64,000 nucleotides of DNA from Eledone cirrhosa. Lineage: Eukaryota. A program made the position numbers and the translations under genes. Numbering within the stretch: position 1 is the first letter of the stretch; every line of letters starts with the position of its first letter. The DNA lies in the NCBI GenBank assembly GCA_964016885.1, contig OZ024743.1, forward strand, positions 82,274,001 through 82,338,000, given 5' to 3'. Under the pieces are notes generated by a model. That model ran no database searches. It saw only the letters and a program-made list of their open reading frames with translations, and had not been told where the DNA came from. Shown piece after piece: positions 56,035 to 64,000 of the stretch.

Positions 56035-56151
56035 TGTGTGGAATTGGAATAAGAAATAAGGGGAAATTTAGGTCAAAATCTAAATAAAACTTACTGTATT
56101 TATAAAGCACGTGGGCAAGAAGGTCATTTAAACTCAGTATTCAAGGGTTTG

Positions 56152-56196
<45 letters not shown>

Positions 56197-56380
56197 CACA
56201 TACACACATTGATATGATGACATATATATATAATACCACACATACACACACATGCCTCACTCTATATATGCGTATGTCTCTATACATAAAATTGAATATG
56301 TATATGTGTGTGTATATGTATGTATGTTGATTTGTTTCTAAATAAAAATATAAATATGTACATATATGCTCATATATACT

Positions 56381-56412
<32 letters not shown>

Positions 56413-56606
56413 CATGTCTGTGTGTGTGTATATATATATACATACATATGTATATATATGTATATATATGTATACATGTATATATATATATATATATACA
56501 TACACACACTCACAATCACACAAGCAGTAATATAAGTGTGCACATTTAGATAATAATACATATTTATATGTTAATACATACTTAAGTATTAACAGATGTT
56601 TGTAAG

Positions 56607-56648
<42 letters not shown>

Positions 56649-56649
<1 letters not shown>

Positions 56650-57502
56650 TAGTAGTGGTACCCGGCGTTGCACGGGATAAGGTATTTTGGAACGCGGGCC
56701 GTGCACAGACCTAATCGTGGAAAAACTGCATTCCTGGACAATATGTAAAGAAAATAAACCGAATATTCTGATGACTGGATAATCTAAGATTGTTCTCGAT
56801 GAAGCAGGAAAAATGTAGGTGTTCACCTAATGCGGACCCTAGGGGATCAAGAAAATGAATTTTTTTTATGTGCATAATATGCCTTGAAATTTCGGGAAAA
56901 TCGGCTAGACGTAACGCCTCAAAAAAGCCCCAAAAAGCTGACAAAATGAAGTTTTTCACCTAATGCGGGCCCTAGGCCATAAAAAAAGTTGGATTTTCTT
57001 TGCTCACGGTATGAAGAATAGACTGACTAATACATAGTTACAATTTCAAGGAAATCGGTCTGACGTAACGCCTCAAGAAAGCTGAAAAAAACGCAGTTTT
57101 TCACCTAATGCCGGCCCTAGGGGATCAAAACGTTGAATTTTTTTTATGTACATAACACTCCGTTTCACACACACATACATACATACGCAGAAGTAAATAT
57201 TTCGAAAAACGTTGCAACCGAAGGAAAACAGAAAGACGTTCCCTGGCAATGAACGGTTAGTAATTGCTGGCATTGTGCCAAAAGTAGAAACAATTATAAG
57301 AGCGCGACGGAGATGGATAACCGGCGCCTAACACCCCTTTAACAACAGAAAATTGGAAAATAAAAGCTGCAGTTAATATCTTTAGACCGCAAGGAATATA
57401 TAAATGCAAGTTTGAAGTCAATCGGAGTAGAAATGTGGATTTGTATAGACTTTGCAAAAATGAGGATACACACACACAGACAATATCAGTTATATATATA
57501 TA
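56649..57502 (-). mobile_element. Non-autonomous Helitron-type element
   Basis: CTAG then hairpin CCCGGCGTTGCACGGG; in (TA)n; three internal CACCTAATGCGG.CCCTAGG repeats; SINE tail at 57259-57297. Confidence 0.7.
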
Positions 57503-57691
57503 AAATAATACAGACGGCTACCTGCAAAATACAATACAGTTAGCACCCCAAACATATAATTGGGATTATACTCAGGTATATCCTAATGTTTGTTGAGGGA
57601 GATAGATGTCGGTCGGAGTATTGCTTAAAGCTTTCTCTGTTAATGTATTAAGTATATATATACATATATATATATACATATATAAATATAT

Positions 57692-57735
<44 letters not shown>

Positions 57736-58174
57736 TAAAATTAGAGCGAGAAGACGTCCGTCATCAGTGATCTTCCAGCCGTCATTGGTATTTCTTCGCA
57801 TTAAAGATCATATACGTCTGGCTGGTGCGAGCAATAACAAAAAAAAGTTATTGGGACACGTAGAATAGGGTGAAGCGAGCGAGACATGTAAACAAACAGA
57901 GATGGTAATGCAACGGAAAGAGAGGAAGAGAGGAAAGAAGTCCGTGATATCTATGAACTTAAGTTCGATGAATCATGGGCGAGGAGAGACACAGACGCTT
58001 CCGAGCCGTGTGAGATGTAAGCGAGAAAAGGATTTCACACAGGTCTGACGGGAGGAAGTGAGAGAGGGGGAGTAGCAGAGAGTGAGTGAGTGAAAGTGTG
58101 AGGAAGAGGCCAGCTGAGAGAGAGTGACTGGCAGAGGGGAAGAAATGAAGGTGGGAGATACAGAGGGAGAGAAG

Positions 58175-58264
<90 letters not shown>

Positions 58265-58329
58265 AATATATATATATACATATCTATATATAAATATATA
58301 TATAAATACGTGCTATATATTATATATTA

Positions 58330-58923
58330 CTAGCAGCAGTGGTACCCGGCGTTGCCCGGGATAAGGTATTGTGAAATATATAACCGCCTTAGCTAAGCTT
58401 AGTATTGCCACAACCACGGCTGGCAAAGAAGTAAGGGTCTGGTGATATGTAAGTAAGCAACACTGTGGCTTAAAACGTGAGGAAGAAGTTGTGTGCACTT
58501 ACCAACTGTTTGGGGAATGAGTGTGAGATTTGTCTTGAGCAAGGGTGGCAGTATAACCGGAGGCAGCAGACAGCCAGACATACAGACAGACATTAAAAGG
58601 GCGCGTTCTGGACGCAGAGCGGATTATAGGAAGTGACGTAATGCAGACAGACAGACATACAGACAGATATTATAAGGGCGCGACGTTATATGTATGTATC
58701 TATCTAAAAAGAGAAAGACTAAGAATTATAGAGAAAGATCGCTAGATCGCTTAATGCGGTCCCTAGGGCATTGAAAATTTGAAATTATTTTTGCTCAGAA
58801 CACTCCATGAAACATTAGTATTACATGTGTAAAGTGTGAAAACAGTCGGTTGGGTGCTTCTCTACTTTTAGGGATTCAAACTCACACACACACAGACAGA
58901 CATCCTCAGTTTTATATATATAA
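58330..58923 (-). mobile_element. Non-autonomous Helitron-type element
   Basis: CTAG then perfect hairpin CCCGG-CGTTGC-CCGGG; shares GATAAGGTATT and TAATGCGGTCCCTAGG with 56649; other end CAGTTTTATATATA. Confidence 0.72.
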
Positions 58924-59054
58924 ATTATATGCATACGTATTTTACAAGTCACAGTCAAAGAGCGAGAAAGAAAGTGTGTGTGATTGTGTGTCTGGAGAGT
59001 AGTGTGCTTTTATGTGTAAGAATCTGTGTGTGTGTGTGTGTGTATATATATACA

Positions 59055-59244
59055 CATCCACACACTCCTGTCTCTCTCTCTCTCTATATATACACACACA
59101 CACTCCAGTCTCTCTCCCTCTATATATATATATACACACACACTCCAGTCTCTCTCTCTCTATATATATATACACACACACACACACTCCAGGCTCTCTC
59201 TCTATATATATATACGCACACACACACTCCAGTCTCTCTCTCTC

Positions 59245-59277
<33 letters not shown>

Positions 59278-59714
59278 TCCAGGCTCTTTCTCTCTATATA
59301 TATATACACACACACACTCCAGTCTCTCTCACTATATATATAGACACACACACTCCAGTTTCTCTCTCTCTATATATATATATATATGCACAAACACTCC
59401 AGTCTCTCTCTATATATATACACAAACACTCCAGTCTCTCTCTCTCTATATATATATATATACACACACACACACTCCAGTCTCTCTCTCTATATATATA
59501 TACACACACACTCCAGTCTCTCTCTCTATATATATATATATATACACACACACACTCCAGTCGCTCTCTCTCTCTATATATATATATATACACACACACA
59601 CACTCCAGTCTCTCTCTCTCTATATATATAGAGAGAGAGAGAGACACACACACACCAGTCTCTCTCTCTCTCTCTATATATATATACACACACACTCCAG
59701 TCGCTCTCTCTCTC

Positions 59715-59745
<31 letters not shown>

Positions 59746-59815
59746 TCCAGTCTCTCTCTATATATATATAGAGAGAGAGAGAGAGAGACACACACACCAG
59801 TCTCTCTCTCTCTCT

Positions 59816-59862
<47 letters not shown>

Positions 59863-59902
59863 CCAGGCTCTCTATATATATATACACACACACACACTCC
59901 AG

Positions 59903-59951
<49 letters not shown>

Positions 59952-60008
59952 TCCAGGCTCTCTCTCTATATATATATACACACACACACACTCCAGTCTC
60001 TCTCTCTC

Positions 60009-60040
<32 letters not shown>

Positions 60041-60379
60041 CCAGGCTCTTTCTCTCTATATATATACACACACACACACTCCAGTCTCTCTCACTATATA
60101 TATAGACACACACACTCCAGTTTCTCTCTCTCTCTCTATATATATATATATACACAAACACTCCAGTCTCTCTCTCTATATATATATATATATACACACA
60201 CACTCCAGTCTCTCTCTCTCTATATATATATATACACACACACACACACTCCAGTCTCTCTCACTATATATATAGACACACACACTCCAGTTTCTCTCTC
60301 TCTCTATATATATATATATACACAAACACTCCAGTCTCTCTCTCTCTATATATATATATATACACACACACTCCAGTCG

Positions 60380-60430
<51 letters not shown>

Positions 60431-60529
60431 TCAGTCTCTCTCTCTATATATATATATAGAGAGAGAGAGACACACACACACCAGTCTCTCTCTCTCTATA
60501 TATATATATATACACACACACTCCAGTCG

Positions 60530-60574
<45 letters not shown>

Positions 60575-60632
60575 TCAGTCTCTCTCTCTATATATATATA
60601 TATAGAGAGAGAGAGACACACACACACACCAG

Positions 60633-60694
<62 letters not shown>

Positions 60695-60797
60695 TACACT
60701 CCAGGCTCTCTCTCTCTATATATATATATATATACACACACACACTCCAGTCTCTCTCTCTCTATATATATACATACACACACACACTCCAGTCTCC

Positions 60798-60828
<31 letters not shown>

Positions 60829-60932
60829 CACACACACACACTCCAGGCTCTTTCTCTCTATATATATACACACACACACTCCAGTCTCTCTCACTATATA
60901 TATAGACACACACACTCCAGTTTCTCTCTCTC

Positions 60933-60963
<31 letters not shown>

Positions 60964-61016
60964 TCCAGTCTCTCTCTCTCTATATATATACACAAACACT
61001 CCAGTCTCTCTCTCTC

Positions 61017-61047
<31 letters not shown>

Positions 61048-61170
61048 TCCAGTCTCTCTCTCTCTATATATATACACACACACTCCAGTCTCTCTCTCTC
61101 TATATATATATATATACACACACACACTCCAGTCTCTCTCTCTCTATATATATATACACACGCACTCCAG

Positions 61171-61204
<34 letters not shown>

Positions 61205-61396
61205 CACACACACTCCAGTCTCTCTCTCTCTATATATATATATACACACACGCTCGAGGCTCTCTCTCTCTCTATATATATACACACACACACACTCCAG
61301 TCTCTCTCTCTATACACACACACACACTCCAGTCTTTCTCTATATATATACACACACACACTCCTGTCTCTCTCTATATATATACTCACACTCCTG

Positions 61397-61470
<74 letters not shown>

Positions 61471-61552
61471 CCTGTCTCTCTCTATATATACACACACACT
61501 CCAGTCTCTCTCTCTATATACACTCACTCACACCCCAGTCTCTCTCTACACC
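59055..61552. repeat. Compound minisatellite (CA)n-CTCCAG-(TC)n-(TA)n
   Basis: Variable-length unit (~30-45 bp) with fixed anchor CACTCCAGTC. Confidence 0.95.
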
Positions 61553-61671
61553 GTTTCACTTTAAAGCTAAACAAGCCAACGTATGTAATGTAACTATCGT
61601 TCGTTTCTTCCTTAACAATTACATTATACACATTATACACACCTATTCACTTAAAAGACACCACACACACA

Positions 61672-62000
61672 TTATACACACGTACACACACTGTACACAC
61701 GTATACACACGTATACACACTGTACACACGTATACACACGTATACACACTGTACACACGTATACACACTGTACACACGTACACACGTATACACACTGTAC
61801 ACACGTATACACACTGTACACACGTATGCACATAAAACATACCACACATTACACAAAATGTTTTGTTTCTCAACTATACATACGCAATCAGTACATACAC
61901 AGACACACTCACACATACATACACACTCACACATACACACACACTCACACATACACACACACTCACACACACATACACACACACACATACACACACACAT
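61672..62000. repeat. CACACGTATA/CACACTGTA repeat and (CA)n tract
   Basis: Direct reading. Confidence 0.85.
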
Positions 62001-62071
62001 TCATACGTATGTGGTGTGTGAGCTTGTGATGGGTGAGGTCCTATTTGTAGGCAGATATATATAGCTATTGG

Positions 62072-62162
<91 letters not shown>

Positions 62163-62168
62163 TTATAT

Positions 62169-62277
<109 letters not shown>

Positions 62278-62287
62278 ATATATATAA

Positions 62288-62381
62288 TTGTTTCTATGTT
62301 TGGCACAAGGCCAGCAATTACCCAGTGCATTACTGGTACTTTATTTTATCGACCCTGTAAGGATGAAAGGCAAAGTTAACC
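62288..62381 (-). mobile_element. 5'-truncated family A SINE
   Basis: GGCACAAGGCCAGCAATTACCCAGTGCATTACTGGTACTTTATTTTATCGACCCTGTAAGGATGAAAGGCAAAGTTAAC. Confidence 0.82.
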
Positions 62382-62452
62382 ATATAATATTCGAATTATT
62401 ACATTAATTGTATTCGGTCAGGTAGAGCGATAACTTGTTAGTTATATATGTG

Positions 62453-62493
<41 letters not shown>

Positions 62494-62841
62494 TGCAGGT
62501 AAAAGAGTAAAATAATGTATATACATATACACACACACACGCAACACACATACATAAACACACACACGCACACACATATCTATATACAGACACATGCACT
62601 CACACACACACACACACATATATATATGCGTCAGTATATTTATATATATATATGTAAATATTAGGGTTAAAAATACAGCAGTAAGTACCCCAACGTTCCA
62701 ATAACCGCATACATTGTTATATATGTCAAGACAAATATTGAAGTACTCACACGTGCAAGAACAAAGAAGTAGTTCTCGACCTTAGTGTAAATATCTGTAC
62801 CATTATATATATATATATATCTATCTATCTATATATATATA

Positions 62842-62912
<71 letters not shown>

Positions 62913-63079
62913 TATGAATAAAGAGTTCAAAACTCAGGCAGTCGTTTACAATGAAATAGCTCAAAGAAAGAAGTATTTCTGATATGTTGGTATCTGTGTT
63001 TATCATATATATTAATTTATATTATCTTGTATATATATATATATATATATATAAATAGAGGTGTGACACACGAGTTGTG

Positions 63080-63437
63080 ATATATTAGTAAAAAGGAAAA
63101 GGAAATGATGACACATTTTTCGCAGTGAAAAATAGTTTAATTAGGAATAAGTATAAATTAGTAATAAGTATTGGTTAGTATTCAGTTTTAGTTTTAAGTT
63201 TTTACCGGTTGCGCATTTCTAATGTTTTTCAATAGTAATTTTGAGATAGAGCGCTCGTGATGTTTGCTTAGAGCGCTCTATCTCAAAATTATTTTTGAAA
63301 AGCATTAGAAATGCGCAACCGGTAAAAACTTAAAACTAAAACTGAATACTAACCAATACTTATTACTAATTTATACTTATTCCTAATTAAACTATTTTTC
63401 ACTGGGAAAAATTTGTCAGCATTTCCTTTTCCTTTTA

Positions 63438-63446
<9 letters not shown>
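63080..63446. repeat. Long fold-back: ~177-bp arms, 14-nt loop
   Basis: 63080-63256 is the near-perfect reverse complement of 63271-63446; contains GAAATGCGCA; TA flank. Confidence 0.93.
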
Positions 63447-63472
<26 letters not shown>

Positions 63473-63483
63473 TTAATATAGAT

Positions 63484-63536
63484 GAGATTCTACAGGACTA
63501 GAACTGTTTCATTCTTGAGAAATCATCAGGAATCTC
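63484..63536 (-). ncRNA. Type I hammerhead ribozyme candidate
   Basis: Minus strand GAGAUUC-CUGAUGA-UUUCUCAAGAAU-GAAA-CAG-UUCUAGUC-CUG-UA-GAAUCUC; 7-bp stem I, 4-bp stem III, GUA triplet; U-U at the base of stem II. Confidence 0.72.
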
Positions 63537-63892
63537 GAGAGATTCCTGATGATTTCTCATCTATATTAAAACTTTTATTCTCTGCTATGTATTGAGTACC
63601 TTACTTACTGTGGTTACCTCCGATTCAACCCAGAATAACTTATAATATTTGATATATCTCATATGAAATGATACAGCCAATTTTCCACACAATACAATTA
63701 GTTAGCACCCCGAACGTTTAATTAGGAATATACTCAGGTATTTCCTAATGTTTGTTGAGTGAGTTGGAATTTGGCCGGAGTTTCGCTATTAGCTCTCTCC
63801 GATTATGTTTATATATATATATATATAAATATATATATATATAAATATACAATATTAAATAAATGGAAAACTATATTTATAAAACCATATTT

Positions 63893-63956
63893 ATTTCATT
63901 ATATATATTTCGGGGATATCATATTAACAATATGCTATGCCTTCATCAGACAAAAT
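63893..63956 (-). ncRNA. Type I hammerhead ribozyme candidate
   Basis: Minus strand AUUUUGU-CUGAUGA-AGG..CAUAUU/AAUAUG..CCCC-GAAA-UAUAUA-UA-AUGAAAU; palindromic stem III. Confidence 0.72.
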
Positions 63957-64000
63957 ACAATATAAACAGTTTTATAGATAAATATATTCGACATACCGTA

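Noticed and set aside
57740-57775. Hammerhead at minus-strand CTGATGA
   Set aside because: No GAAA or stem III downstream; the same holds for the motif at ~1836-1843
59012-61564. 850-aa ORF
   Set aside because: Translation of a compound microsatellite array

Overview
AT-rich eukaryotic non-coding DNA that is almost entirely repetitive. The SINE families, the (TA)n/(CA)n load and the Tx1/Penelope content resemble octopus (cephalopod) DNA; this is recalled resemblance, not a search result. No intact host gene is visible, and nearly all ORF-track entries are microsatellite or minisatellite artefacts. About 45% of the window is tandem arrays (units of 43, ~27, 48/44, 37, 29, 46, 32/35 and ~30 bp, several with higher-order repeats). 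Real coding remnants are a 5'-truncated Tx1/L1-type LINE (30855-33390, minus strand, one frame with three stops) and two Penelope-like element (PLE) fragments with GIY-YIG endonuclease and inverted terminal duplications (7112-9707, 52660-53823). There are also three non-autonomous Helitron-type elements and many tRNA-derived SINEs. The most notable signal is a set of type I hammerhead ribozyme motifs (well-formed at 7145, 9605, 63484 and 63893; decayed elsewhere). Alongside them are small fold-back hairpin elements in (TA)n whose turn-around point lies inside a hammerhead. Other notable items are a ~35-copy minisatellite grown from a SINE Pol III A box and apparent GATA-directed insertion of the Tx1 family.
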